From positions 1-59,367 of the IMG/VR virus record IMGVR_UViG_3300037419_001059: a stretch of DNA of 59,367 bases; one strand, written 5' to 3'. Every line of letters starts with the position of its first letter. Within the stretch, counting starts at the first letter, position 1. Under the pieces are notes generated by a model. The model saw nothing but the letters and a program-made list of their open reading frames with translations. It did no database searches and was not told the DNA's origin. This document shows positions 10,201 to 18,743 of this stretch, piece after piece. This DNA comes from a virus. Lineage: Duplodnaviria > Caudoviricetes. A program made the position numbers and the translations under genes.

Positions 10201-13200
10201 GGGGCAAGTACGTGCCGGGCGAGGAAGACAGTTTCACGGTTCGGGTGAACCCGAAGCAAGAGCTGCGCCCCCTCCCCTACGGCAGCAACACACCGCGCGC
10301 CAGGGAGGCCGACCCGGATGTCGAGCGCCATGCCCGCGAGCTGGCCCGGCTGCTCGGCGACGAGCCGGAGGTGGACACTGACAACCTCATCGTGTCGCCG
10401 CGCACGGGCGCCACGACGCCGATCCTGCACACCGCGACGCTTGAAGCCTACCTCAAGGACATCAACCACAAGGCTGCCGGCGGCGTCGCGGCCGAGGTGA
10501 ACCCGTTCATAGCCCGGCGGCTCTTGCAGCTCATCCCCGACGTGAAGGTGCATACCGTCTCGGTCGAGGGCATGCGGGCGCTGACCGAAGACCTTGCCGG
10601 CAAGGGCGGCTTCCCCAAGCAGATCAGTGGCTACTATGACCCGGTGACGCACGAGATCGTGCTGCGCGATCAGGATGTTACCGAAGCCGAGCTGTCGCAC
10701 CTCATCATCCACGAGGGCCTGCACGCCGCGTTCATGCGGACCATCGAGCGGGTGCCGGCAGCCAAGGCAATGATCCGCGACCTGATGGACAGGGCGCTCG
10801 CCCATTACGGCGAGAGCTTCCGGTCAGAGTACGGCATGACCAACGAACACGAGTTCGTGTCGGAGGCCATGTCGTCGCGCGACTTCCAAGAGAAGCTTGC
10901 GCGGGTGCCGGTGAGCGAGAGCTTCAACGCCCTGCCGATCAAGAACGTGTGGGCCTACTTCGTCGCTGGCGTGCGCAAGTTCCTCGGCCTCAAGCCGGTG
11001 CAGACCTCCGCGCTCGACGCCGCGCTGCGGGTCGGTGCCGTGCTCACGGACCTGCGCACCGCCCACGATCTGCCGTCCACGCCGCGCACTGCCTACGCCA
11101 TGCCCCACGCGCTCGGGGCGGACACCATCCGCGAGGGCTTCAGCGACGTGAAGGGCGCCACCCGCCTGATCGCGTCAGCCAAGGTGCTGCGCGTCCGCAC
11201 GCTCGATCAGATCCGGCAGGGCTACCGCAACCTGTTCCCGGCTGGCGACGGTGGCGACCACCTCGACAAGCTCGTCGCTGCGATGCAGCGGCAGAACGCC
11301 TACGTGGAGGGCAAGTCACGCGAGGCCGATACCCATGTGCAGGACTTCCTGAATCTCAAGAAGTCCAACCGCAAGGTGGCCGAAGACTTCGCCGTGCTCG
11401 CCAACGACGTGACCATGGCCGACCTCAACATGCTCAAGGGCAGGCCGACCCTGGAGGAGATGCAGGCGGCCAACAAGCACGTCTACGGCTCGGACCCGAA
11501 GAAGTCCGACATCTCCATGGCGTGGCAGAGCAAGGCACAGCACGCCGCGTTGCAGCGGCGGTTCTCGGCCCTGCCGGACGCCGTGCAGGACCAGTTCATC
11601 CGTGCGGCGAAGTTCTACCGGGACACGCAGAACGAGACGGCGCGGACCTTCGTCACGTCGATCCTCGATCAGATGGCGCCCGACATGAACGTGGCGCAGC
11701 GTACCGAGATCGCCGCCAAGGCACTGGCCGGCACGCTCAACGAGGACGATGCCAAGGCGCTCAACAACGCCACGCTGTTCAATGCCCTGAAGGATGCCGG
11801 CGCGGCCCGCTCGATCAAGGGCATGTACTTCCCGCTGAAGCGCAACGGCGACTACGTGGTGCGCACCCGCGACATCATCACGGACACGATGGGCGGCACG
11901 GAAGTCGAGCCCGGCGTCGTGGAGTTCTCAGCCGACAGTGACAAGACATCGCGCAAGCAGGCGGAAGCGTTCGCCAAGGCGACGGGCCTGAAGGTGACGC
12001 GGATCGCCAAGCGGTACTACGACCACCAGACCGGGGAGCTGATCAAGGCTGCCGACGCCGAGAAGGACAGCCGCGTCGCCTACCGCGTCACCGTGCAGAC
12101 CCATGGTCTGCATATGTTCGAGAGCGCCAGGGAGGCGGAAAAATTCGTCCGCGAGGCACGGCGCGATGGCGACTTCCACGCCGTGGAGGACGTGCAGCAC
12201 CGCCAGGACATGGAGGCGCGGGGCGACCTCTCCTATTCGCAGCTCTCGGCGCTCACCCGCAGCGTGGATCAGCGGGACGACCTGACGCCGGGGCAGCGGG
12301 AGATCCTGAAGACCGCCATCGCCCAGGCCGCCATCCGCCAGATGTCGGGCAACCGCATCCAGAAGCACTCGCTCGCCCGCAAATTCTACGCGGGCGCCAG
12401 CGAGGATTTCGGGCGCAACATGCTCCAGTACGCCACGGCGCAGAGCAACTATATCGGCAAGCTCAAGTACATGCCGACCGTGCGCAACCACCTCGGCGAG
12501 ATGGAGAAGCACGCCAATGCCTTCAACGCCGACAAGTCGCAGCTCCGCAAGACGGTGTTCGAGGAGGTGAAGAACCGCGTCAACGCTAACGATGCGGGGA
12601 TCAACAAGCCGAGCAAGTTCGTCCGCGACCTGATGCAGGTCGCGATGCTGTCGAAGCTTGCCGGCCCGTCGCACTCGATCATCAACGCCGCGCAGCCGCT
12701 GATGACGACGTATCCGGTCCTGGCCGGCGAGCACGGCCCGATGTCATCCGCCCTGGAGCTGGGCAAGGCGATGAAGGACATCGGGGCTTGGCGCACATAC
12801 GGCACGGGTGTCGTGAATAGCTACAAGGCCGCCCGCCACATCTTCGAAACATCGATCGATGCGACCGACCCGGTTGGATCGATCCGTAAGAAGCTCGCCC
12901 GGCAGCCGGACGGGGCGGCGCTCGGCCGGGTGCTCAGCGAGTTGCAGGAACGCGGGGCGCTCGGCGACGGCGCCGAGTTCGAGATGGCTGCTGCAATCGC
13001 CTCCGGCAGGGGCGTGGCGGGCACGGCTATCGCCAAGGCGGATCGGATCTTCCGGCAGGCTCCGGCCGCCGTAGAGGCCGTGAACCGCGCAGGATCGGCC
13101 GTCGCGGCGTACCGGCTCGCCCGGCGCAAGGGGATGTCGGAGGAGAAGGCCACACAATACGCGTTCGACACGGTGCAGAAGACGCAGTTCGACTATTCCG

Positions 13201-14111
13201 GGTTCAACGCTCCCCCGGTGTTCAACAACCCGGCGCTGCGGCCCTTCCTCCAGTTCAAGAAGTACGGGCAGGCGATGACCGACCTGTACGCGAGCATGCT
13301 GTACCGGGCGTTCAAGGGCGACAGCATGGCCGACCGCAAGGTCGCCATAAAGCAGTTCGGCGCCCTGTTCGGCATGCACGCGCTGATGGCCGGTGCCTTC
13401 GCGGTGCCGGGCCTGGAGCTGTTCAAGGTCGGTGCCATGGTGGCTGCCGCGCTCGGCGTCGGCTCGGGCTGGCAGGACCAGCAGCGCAGGCTCAAGCGCT
13501 ACGTCGAGAGCGCGGCCGGCAAGGATTGGGCCGACATCGTGCAGAGCGGGCTCGTGAGCCACGTCATCGGCGTGGACCTGTCGTCGCGGATGTCGGCTGC
13601 CGACCTGTGGACCTTCGGTGAGCCGAAGAAATACACCGGCAGCGAGATCGGCGGCTGGATCGGCGCACAGCTCCTGGGCGCGTCCGGCAGCACCGTGCTC
13701 GACATGCGCGACGGGCTCGGGGCTATCGAGGAGGGCGACTACCTCAAGGGCGCCATCAAGATCGTGCCGGCCAAGGCGCTCGCCGACATCGGCAAGGCGA
13801 TCAACGGCTACACCAGCGACAAGGTGCATCTGTCGCCGACCGAGGCCGTGGCGCAGGGGCTGGGCTTCAAGCCGAAGCGGATTGCCGACCAGCAAGAGAA
13901 GCTGTCCGACATCATCGCCGACCGCAACAAGGTCAAGGCCGAACGAGACAAGCTGCGCAACCGCTACTTGGATGCCGGCTCTGCTGGGGCTCGCCTGAAG
14001 ATCAGGGCGCAGATCATCCAGTATAACAAATCCGCAGAGCAGCGGATGCGTCTGAGCATTCCCAGCTTGGACAAGATGCGCGACAGAGATACAAGAGAAG
14101 GACTACGGTAA
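7290..14111 (+). CDS. Giant internal virion / large polyvalent protein
   Basis: 2273 aa. Contains a GNAT-like RGKGNG motif, a zincin-like HEGLH...EFVSEA motif, and YFPLKRNGDY (PLxRFG-like). Confidence 0.7.
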   Translation: MPEIDLATLPVDQNYRDALAPEPGISGSDYGRAAAAGAYGVVGSAAAGVDYLADTDDDSALKKLRHYADEGAKAQVEQMSPAAREALNAGFLPGSDKSIWSPDVSIASSLGLKLANASPSLLASIIPGGIVAGVARGALTAGAAAAAGTAASGTANAAMMGGQVYDDIEKSILDAKDDDLKSSSPVYNALRKDYSEGVAKKVLVETAAGNKPLLAAAVGAITDQFGAAAATAKRAVGQAGEGILKGARKGLVEESANEAAQNATQEALTQQGQVQAGTGQWDYLKILEQAAQGATVGGIMGGVVGGATGIGGRQGEGASGSQRVPATAQETTQDAARVGVLAIDPAVAEAAGGRQQSRAALDAVDDAMSSLEKARPVPVDPAIAAAVKGGDQVDPRSTFEPQNEFEADPDALPAEEAAADQLPAAQPPAPQEPTPAPTQEPQEPAQAAQQQAPAPEEQPATQPEPAPAVAPSEAPETASARSPTATTIDLDTFLDSEQAEAPSPAPRVLQATEQPAAPTEPAAPRAVGRISAAEATRIAKGEGDAVTLSTNPEDWKKQSDRTSVKNLAEAMVKVRGDDAPQWARDFLDAYGQKRVGQGPAAKAAREKLLAARQALHDETQARVQQGVARRETTNEARDRQAQEKRYRDGTEAERLISATTMPRLAERAVPKAVREYAASLLSKAKQAKISLDGNTDDAHILHLKTAQEVARAGSTKEQLQQFIADDFLLRQGAGEEISARRRAEALKSERSYDEVQRAGPEVREGADASEAYDAQGAHAEAAVEPQDTLQGRSEDHAPAEPVSEPVQQPVVDPTDQFVVVGQNKAGQFKVESRGRRKVAERKAAAKEEPAPFKVAPGLKAVKFKDGYTILPAGARPEEGVNRAGLNFTIHKDRITVDGSFLHSADRGKGNGVRMYEALAKLGQERGLPIYSDYDISPEAKRMYDRLASRGYDVEYAAGLALDEDGNRAGFRGKYVPGEEDSFTVRVNPKQELRPLPYGSNTPRAREADPDVERHARELARLLGDEPEVDTDNLIVSPRTGATTPILHTATLEAYLKDINHKAAGGVAAEVNPFIARRLLQLIPDVKVHTVSVEGMRALTEDLAGKGGFPKQISGYYDPVTHEIVLRDQDVTEAELSHLIIHEGLHAAFMRTIERVPAAKAMIRDLMDRALAHYGESFRSEYGMTNEHEFVSEAMSSRDFQEKLARVPVSESFNALPIKNVWAYFVAGVRKFLGLKPVQTSALDAALRVGAVLTDLRTAHDLPSTPRTAYAMPHALGADTIREGFSDVKGATRLIASAKVLRVRTLDQIRQGYRNLFPAGDGGDHLDKLVAAMQRQNAYVEGKSREADTHVQDFLNLKKSNRKVAEDFAVLANDVTMADLNMLKGRPTLEEMQAANKHVYGSDPKKSDISMAWQSKAQHAALQRRFSALPDAVQDQFIRAAKFYRDTQNETARTFVTSILDQMAPDMNVAQRTEIAAKALAGTLNEDDAKALNNATLFNALKDAGAARSIKGMYFPLKRNGDYVVRTRDIITDTMGGTEVEPGVVEFSADSDKTSRKQAEAFAKATGLKVTRIAKRYYDHQTGELIKAADAEKDSRVAYRVTVQTHGLHMFESAREAEKFVREARRDGDFHAVEDVQHRQDMEARGDLSYSQLSALTRSVDQRDDLTPGQREILKTAIAQAAIRQMSGNRIQKHSLARKFYAGASEDFGRNMLQYATAQSNYIGKLKYMPTVRNHLGEMEKHANAFNADKSQLRKTVFEEVKNRVNANDAGINKPSKFVRDLMQVAMLSKLAGPSHSIINAAQPLMTTYPVLAGEHGPMSSALELGKAMKDIGAWRTYGTGVVNSYKAARHIFETSIDATDPVGSIRKKLARQPDGAALGRVLSELQERGALGDGAEFEMAAAIASGRGVAGTAIAKADRIFRQAPAAVEAVNRAGSAVAAYRLARRKGMSEEKATQYAFDTVQKTQFDYSGFNAPPVFNNPALRPFLQFKKYGQAMTDLYASMLYRAFKGDSMADRKVAIKQFGALFGMHALMAGAFAVPGLELFKVGAMVAAALGVGSGWQDQQRRLKRYVESAAGKDWADIVQSGLVSHVIGVDLSSRMSAADLWTFGEPKKYTGSEIGGWIGAQLLGASGSTVLDMRDGLGAIEEGDYLKGAIKIVPAKALADIGKAINGYTSDKVHLSPTEAVAQGLGFKPKRIADQQEKLSDIIADRNKVKAERDKLRNRYLDAGSAGARLKIRAQIIQYNKSAEQRMRLSIPSLDKMRDRDTREGLR

Positions 14112-14266
14112 TGGCAAAGAACACGATGAAGGGCTCGATGGGCAAGAAGGCCAACATGGGTCTTCCTGGCCTGAAGGGTAAGATGAACGGCGAGCCGAAG
14201 CAGTTCGCCGCTGTGCCGCCCAAGAGCATGGCGAAGAAAGGTGGCAAGAAGGGCGGCAAGCGCTAG
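14111..14266 (+). CDS. Small Lys/Gly-rich basic protein (51 aa, not in ORF track)
   Basis: Manual translation: MAKNTMKGSMGKKANMGLPGLKGKMNGEPKQFAAVPPKSMAKKGGKKGGKR. TAATG overlap with the upstream stop. Confidence 0.65.
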   Translation: MAKNTMKGSMGKKANMGLPGLKGKMNGEPKQFAAVPPKSMAKKGGKKGGKR

Positions 14267-14313
14267 TATAAGGTAGCCGTGTTGATCCATGGATCAACAC
14301 GGCCCAGGAGGAT

Positions 14314-14556
14314 GTGATGACGAACAGAACGCCCGCGCAGCTCAAGAAGCATTACGCGGAGTACCAGGGCACGCCGGAGCAGATTAAGAAGCGGGCTCAG
14401 CGCAACGCGGCCCGCCGGGAAATGGTGAAGAAGCACGGCAAGGCTGCGCTTGCCGGCAAGGATGTAGACCACAAGATCGCGATCCGTAATGGCGGTGGCA
14501 ATGGCAAGAACCTGCGCATCCGCACGATCAAGGCGAACCGGGGCGATACCCGCTAG
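14314..14556 (+). CDS. Small HNH-like protein
   Basis: DVDHK...GGGN.KNLR...AN motif, with AGGAGG upstream. Confidence 0.65.
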   Translation: MMTNRTPAQLKKHYAEYQGTPEQIKKRAQRNAARREMVKKHGKAALAGKDVDHKIAIRNGGGNGKNLRIRTIKANRGDTR

Positions 14557-14590
14557 CGGCGACCCGACCGCTCTGCCTGACGAGTCTGCA

Positions 14591-14620
14591 CCCCGCCCGT
14601 CACGGGCTGGGCGGGGCTTT
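14591..14620 (+). terminator. Probable intrinsic terminator ending the late operon
   Basis: CCCCGCCC...GGGCGGGG stem followed by CTTT, between convergent genes. Confidence 0.45.
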
Positions 14621-14672
14621 CGTCCCTCACCAGCCCCATAGCCATGTTGCGCAAAAGAATTGTCGGATCGAC

Positions 14673-15929
14673 TTAGCCCTGATTGTCCAAATCCACGAGC
14701 GTCACAGATTTGATGCTGAACTCCAGCCCCCCGCCGGGAACCTCGATCCTGAACTCAACATCGGTCGCATGCCTGTCCATCTCGAATTCCATGGAGAAGG
14801 TTTTCTGCCTCATCAACGCATCCGAACCGATCTCCTGCACGGCTGGCCTCACTGCGCCCTGTGAGTGCGCCACGTCGAGGATCATCTTGCCGGGACGATA
14901 GGCCCGGTTCTCGATCTCAATATCAACACGGTAGCGGCCACGGGCCAGGGCGACGTAAGGGCCAAATAGCGCATAGAACCGGTCCGATTGTGCGCCAGGA
15001 GTGGCGACCTTTAGGACGCCGTTCGCCTGCTGGCCGATCATGGATTTGAGCCGCGGATCGTCGCCAGGGATGACCATCGGCACCTTGCTGGATCGCGCGA
15101 TCCAGAAGTTCTGCGCGAGATTGCTGGTCCACCATCCGTAGCGGTGCATCATCTCGACAAAGAAGTCGCTGTTGAACCCAAGCTCCAGCCAGCCGAAGGC
15201 CCGCGCGACCCGCAGCGACTCTCCGTCAAGGCGAACGCCCCACGGCACCGGGAACTCGGCGTTAATCGGCTCGGCCCCGAACAGAATGACCCCGCCCGGC
15301 CGCAGCACGCGATGCATGGCCTTCACAAGGCGCTCGAACTCCCGGCAGTGGTGAAAGGACTCAAAGAAGACAATCGCGTCGAACGTCTGACCGGTCGTTT
15401 CCATCCAGAGAAAATCGGCGTGAACAAGATTGACCTTTGCTTGCACAAGCTCGGCCCGACGCCTTACAACCTCGCAATATTTCTCGTTGATGTCGAGGGC
15501 AGTCACGTTATGGCCAAGCATGGCGAACGCGAGCGTCGTGTTGCCCCAGCCAAACCCGCATTCTAGAATATCGGACCCGTCCTTCAGGTCGCCGAGGAAG
15601 CCGAGTAGTCCGCCGATCAAGGAATAATGCTGACCCGCGAGGCGAAGGCTTTTGCTGTAGTAAGGGAAAGGACGAAGTACTCCCTGCTCGATGTCAAAGT
15701 CAACATTTTCATTCTGAACATCATAATGATCCCGCTGTGAGATCTTGTTATAGAGATCCATATATACCTTGTAGTATTCTTCTGAGAAAGGATCTGATGG
15801 CAAATTCTCTGGGTGAGCGACGCTGTATTTACTAAATTCGGAATAAGCCTTGTCACTAGATATTTTGGCGGCCTCATCAAAGTGTGACATCAACCCGTCG
15901 AGGTCTTCTACTCGTACAATCTGTGTCAT
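14673..15929 (-). CDS. Class I SAM-dependent methyltransferase with C-terminal beta-sandwich (moron-like)
   Basis: ILECGFGWG motif I, ALDI, FFESFHH and VLRPGG motifs. The 5' part is AT-richer than the flanks. Confidence 0.8.
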   Translation of the reverse strand: MTQIVRVEDLDGLMSHFDEAAKISSDKAYSEFSKYSVAHPENLPSDPFSEEYYKVYMDLYNKISQRDHYDVQNENVDFDIEQGVLRPFPYYSKSLRLAGQHYSLIGGLLGFLGDLKDGSDILECGFGWGNTTLAFAMLGHNVTALDINEKYCEVVRRRAELVQAKVNLVHADFLWMETTGQTFDAIVFFESFHHCREFERLVKAMHRVLRPGGVILFGAEPINAEFPVPWGVRLDGESLRVARAFGWLELGFNSDFFVEMMHRYGWWTSNLAQNFWIARSSKVPMVIPGDDPRLKSMIGQQANGVLKVATPGAQSDRFYALFGPYVALARGRYRVDIEIENRAYRPGKMILDVAHSQGAVRPAVQEIGSDALMRQKTFSMEFEMDRHATDVEFRIEVPGGGLEFSIKSVTLVDLDNQG

Positions 15930-16071
15930 GCGTGGAGACCCTTTAACGGACTTAGATCATAGTTTTGGTTATGGTGCGGCGTGCCGAAGCGTGGCGCACC
16001 ATCCTAGGCCGCGCGGTGGTACAGGAAACCTACCCTTCAGCCAATCCGAAGCTATGCGGGCGGATGCCCAC

Positions 16072-16299
16072 TCACTCCTCCGGCTCGCCCGTCCCGATAA
16101 GCTTGATCAGATCCCGCCCGGCCTTCGTCAGCAGCCAAACAGGGCGCCTGGGGCGCATCTTCGACACGCCTTCGCGGACCAGTCCCATCTCGACCAACCC
16201 GGCCATCACGGTCGGGTAAGCTTCGGCTCGCAATCCTCCAGGGCTGGCGGCAAAGGCTCGAAGGGCGGCTATCTGGCGAGGCGTGAGCTGCTGCGGCAT
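16072..16299 (-). CDS. Hypothetical small protein (winged-helix-like)
   Basis: 75 aa. The LTPRQ...GLVEMGLV...LTKAGRD pattern is wHTH-like. Confidence 0.5.
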   Translation of the reverse strand: MPQQLTPRQIAALRAFAASPGGLRAEAYPTVMAGLVEMGLVREGVSKMRPRRPVWLLTKAGRDLIKLIGTGEPEE

Positions 16300-16395
16300 G
16301 GGGTTGAGCTATCGCCTCTCGCCGCACTCGACCAGTCGTGGCGCAAAAGGTCTGTGGCCCCGTCCGCTCAAAGTGCTCGCTAAGCCTTTGAAGTA

Positions 16396-16791
16396 TCAGG
16401 CAGCGGGCTCTGCTTGTGGGGCGCTTACCCCAACATTTACCCCAACATACGCGCGGACAGCAGCCTTAGCTGCGCGGCGCATGTCGTCCTTGGTCAGCAC
16501 ATCTGGGTCCATGGAAAGGCAGAACAGCTTGTCAAAGTCCTTGCCGAGTTCGGACGCGATTGCTCGCGCGGCGTTCTCGACCCGCGCAATTTCCGCCCCA
16601 ACATTTACCCCAACTGTCTCATCAGGATTGGCGGACAGTTGGCCGATGACATACCGCAGTTCGTTAGCTCTGCCTGTAGCGCCAATCCGATCTAAATCGG
16701 TCGCAATACCTCTCAGATATTCGCGGTGCGACGCTTTCATTAAAGGCTCCCCAATTATACTTGCCGAAATTTCCGTGGCCCCGACCGCCAT
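16396..16791 (-). CDS. Hypothetical protein
   Basis: 131-aa ORF in the leftward gene string. Carries two copies of a 19-bp repeat. Confidence 0.45.
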   Translation of the reverse strand: MAVGATEISASIIGEPLMKASHREYLRGIATDLDRIGATGRANELRYVIGQLSANPDETVGVNVGAEIARVENAARAIASELGKDFDKLFCLSMDPDVLTKDDMRRAAKAAVRAYVGVNVGVSAPQAEPAA

Positions 16792-16793
16792 AC

Positions 16794-16967
16794 TCAGGAC
16801 ACCGGCCTGTTGATGTGTCCGGCCATGTGCTGGATGGTATGTCGGGCAGTTTCCAGCTCAGCGCGCAGCCGGGCGTTCTCCGACCGCTCATGCTTCAGCT
16901 TGCCCTCAAGCTCGCTGATGCGGTCTGCAACCTGACCCCGCATCATGCGCAGTAGCCGGGTGTCCAT
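16794..16967 (-). CDS. Small coiled-coil protein (57 aa, not in ORF track)
   Basis: Manual translation: MDTRLLRMMRGQVADRISELEGKLKHERSENARLRAELETARHTIQHMAGHINRPVS. GGAGG RBS. Confidence 0.6.
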   Translation of the reverse strand: MDTRLLRMMRGQVADRISELEGKLKHERSENARLRAELETARHTIQHMAGHINRPVS

Positions 16968-17127
16968 GCCTTCCTCCCTGGTATTGCGGAGATCGCTACC
17001 GCCCTGTCGGCATTGCCGGCATCAGCGTTTACCCGACGATAGAAATCCCGACAGGTTTTCCCGACAGGATCGGGGCCGTTTCGATGGGCTCCGGGGCCGC
17101 TCCGCTGTCGTGTCGGGAAAACGACCG

Positions 17128-17373
17128 TTAGTTCGACGCAGGCGCATCGTTCGGTTTGTAGGACAGCATCTGCTCCATCTGCCCGGCCCGGTTCGCCAGC
17201 CAAGACGAGACCGCGCTTTGGTTCATGAAGTGGGATCGGTGCAGGCGCCCGGATAAGCCCTTGAGGTCCGCGATGGCGGCCACCATGCCGGCCCGCAGTC
17301 GGGCGTTCTCAGCCTCAAGCTCCCGAACTCGGTCTGCAAGCATCATCGCTGCTTTGGCGCTGTAGTCGCTCAA
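17128..17373 (-). CDS. Small coiled-coil protein
   Basis: 81 aa, ADRVRELEAENARLR. The AGGAG RBS is supplied by the flanking repeat. Confidence 0.6.
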   Translation of the reverse strand: MSDYSAKAAMMLADRVRELEAENARLRAGMVAAIADLKGLSGRLHRSHFMNQSAVSSWLANRAGQMEQMLSYKPNDAPASN

Positions 17374-17403
17374 GGCTCTCTCCTGATGTCATAAAAACGG
17401 CCG

Positions 17404-17637
17404 CTAGTCCGACGTACCGGAAGAAAGAACAGTGCTGGCGCGCTTCCCGCCATCGGCGTCTAGGGCGGCGCGCCCTGCATCGCCCTCGCTGTGGATCAGG
17501 CGGCAGAGCCGAGCCTGCTCGCCGTACCACGCCAGTTCCTCGCGCAGTCGGGCGCGCTCGGCGCAAAGATCGTCGCGCTGGTCTGCGAGCGACTGAACCT
17601 GCCGTTCAAGGTCTCGGATGATCTCTTCGTCCGTCAT
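17404..17637 (-). CDS. Small coiled-coil protein
   Basis: 77 aa. The AGGAG RBS is supplied by the flanking repeat. Confidence 0.65.
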   Translation of the reverse strand: MTDEEIIRDLERQVQSLADQRDDLCAERARLREELAWYGEQARLCRLIHSEGDAGRAALDADGGKRASTVLSSGTSD

Positions 17638-17687
17638 GGCTTACTCCTGATGTCGTGAAAACGGCCGTTTTTGCCGACGTGCCGCCC

Positions 17688-18149
17688 TCAAGCAGCCTCA
17701 TACCGGGCCGGCTCCGGGTCAGCGGATTGCCCGTAGTACTTCCCCCGGTACGGCATCTCGGTCGCTTCCGTCAGCTCCGAGAACTTGAGCTGAGCTATCG
17801 GCATGCCGGCCCGCAACCGGATCGGCCAGGGCAGGAAGCGGGTCAGTTCAAGCGTCAACCCGCCTTTGAACCCCGGATCGATCAAGGTGTTCTGCACCAA
17901 TACGAAGATTCTGGCGTTCGAACTCTTGTCCTTGACCTCGGCTACCACGTCGTCGGGGATGTCGAACACCTAGATAGTCGAGGCGAGCCGCCCCCAGAAC
18001 GGCCAGAGCCAGATGTCTTGCTTCAGGCGCACATCATACGTGCAGGGACCCAGGCCGTAGCTCCGGCCGTGGGCAATGCCCCTCTCGCTGAAGGGCTTGA
18101 TCATGCCGGCCTTCGCCAGCCGGCGGATGGATTGTGCGGGTAGGATCAT
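17688..18149 (-). pseudogene. dcd: dCTP deaminase / dUTPase-family gene with in-frame amber codon
   Basis: MILPAQSI...YGLGPCTYDVRL...LASTI*VFDIP...KDKSSNAR...IDPGFKG.LTLEL...PIAQL...YRGKY. TAG at 17970-17972 lies where Glu is expected. Confidence 0.8.
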
Positions 18150-18489
18150 GGTCCACTTGCCTTAGTGCTTGTTGAATAGCCCGACGACGTTGCCGACGAC
18201 GCCGCTGTTGTTCCAACATTTGCGCGTATTTCTGAGGATCTTCCCGCTGTTTTTGATATGCTCGGCGATGTCGTTCTCGTTCGCGCTCCCGCTGCGCCGG
18301 GTCGGCCATCCGCCTGTGGTGCCGGCGCCGCGACCGCTCGCGCAGCGCGGCCAATTCACTCGGCACCAGGAGCTTGCGCACCGTGACGAGAGACCGATTG
18401 ACGGCCTCCGCTATGACTTCCTGTGTGTAGCCCTCGGCAGCCAAGCGGATGGCCTCCGCGTGCCAGGGCTGATCCGGCAGTCCGTTCAT
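18034..18489 (-). CDS. HTH-containing Arg-rich protein
   Basis: GYTQEVIAEAVNRSLVTVRKLL helix-turn-helix pattern. Confidence 0.55.
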   Translation of the reverse strand: MNGLPDQPWHAEAIRLAAEGYTQEVIAEAVNRSLVTVRKLLVPSELAALRERSRRRHHRRMADPAQRERERERHRRAYQKQREDPQKYAQMLEQQRRRRQRRRAIQQALRQVDHDPTRTIHPPAGEGRHDQALQREGHCPRPELRPGSLHV

Positions 18490-18743
18490 GCCCGCACCCG
18501 ATCCCGCGCCAGCGTGGCGTACCCGGCGATGTCGTGCCAGTGATCGGGCTCCTCCGGGTTGCCGGCGATGATCCTACCGACCTTGGTCATGATCACGTCC
18601 AGAACCTCCCGCTTCGTCGTGTCGAGCTTGGCGTAGCCCGGCTTGGCACGGATGGCGTCCTTCAGCTCCTGCGCGAGGGCCGCGTTGTCGGCAAACTCAC
18701 CATGCGTGTGCTGGCGCTCAGCTAAGGTCTGCTGAGTGTCCAT
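18486..18743 (-). CDS. Conserved small phage protein (DUF6378-like)
   Basis: L.ER...HG.F...KVGRI...DHWHDIAGYATL motif. Confidence 0.65.
   Translation of the reverse strand: MDTQQTLAERQHTHGEFADNAALAQELKDAIRAKPGYAKLDTTKREVLDVIMTKVGRIIAGNPEEPDHWHDIAGYATLARDRVRA

Larger units (their letters stand above)
17111..17680. repeat. Three imperfect ~30-37 bp direct repeats bounding two small genes
   Basis: TGTC...AAAACG(G/A)CCG...CGACG at 17111-17138, 17380-17415 and 17644-17680. Confidence 0.7.
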
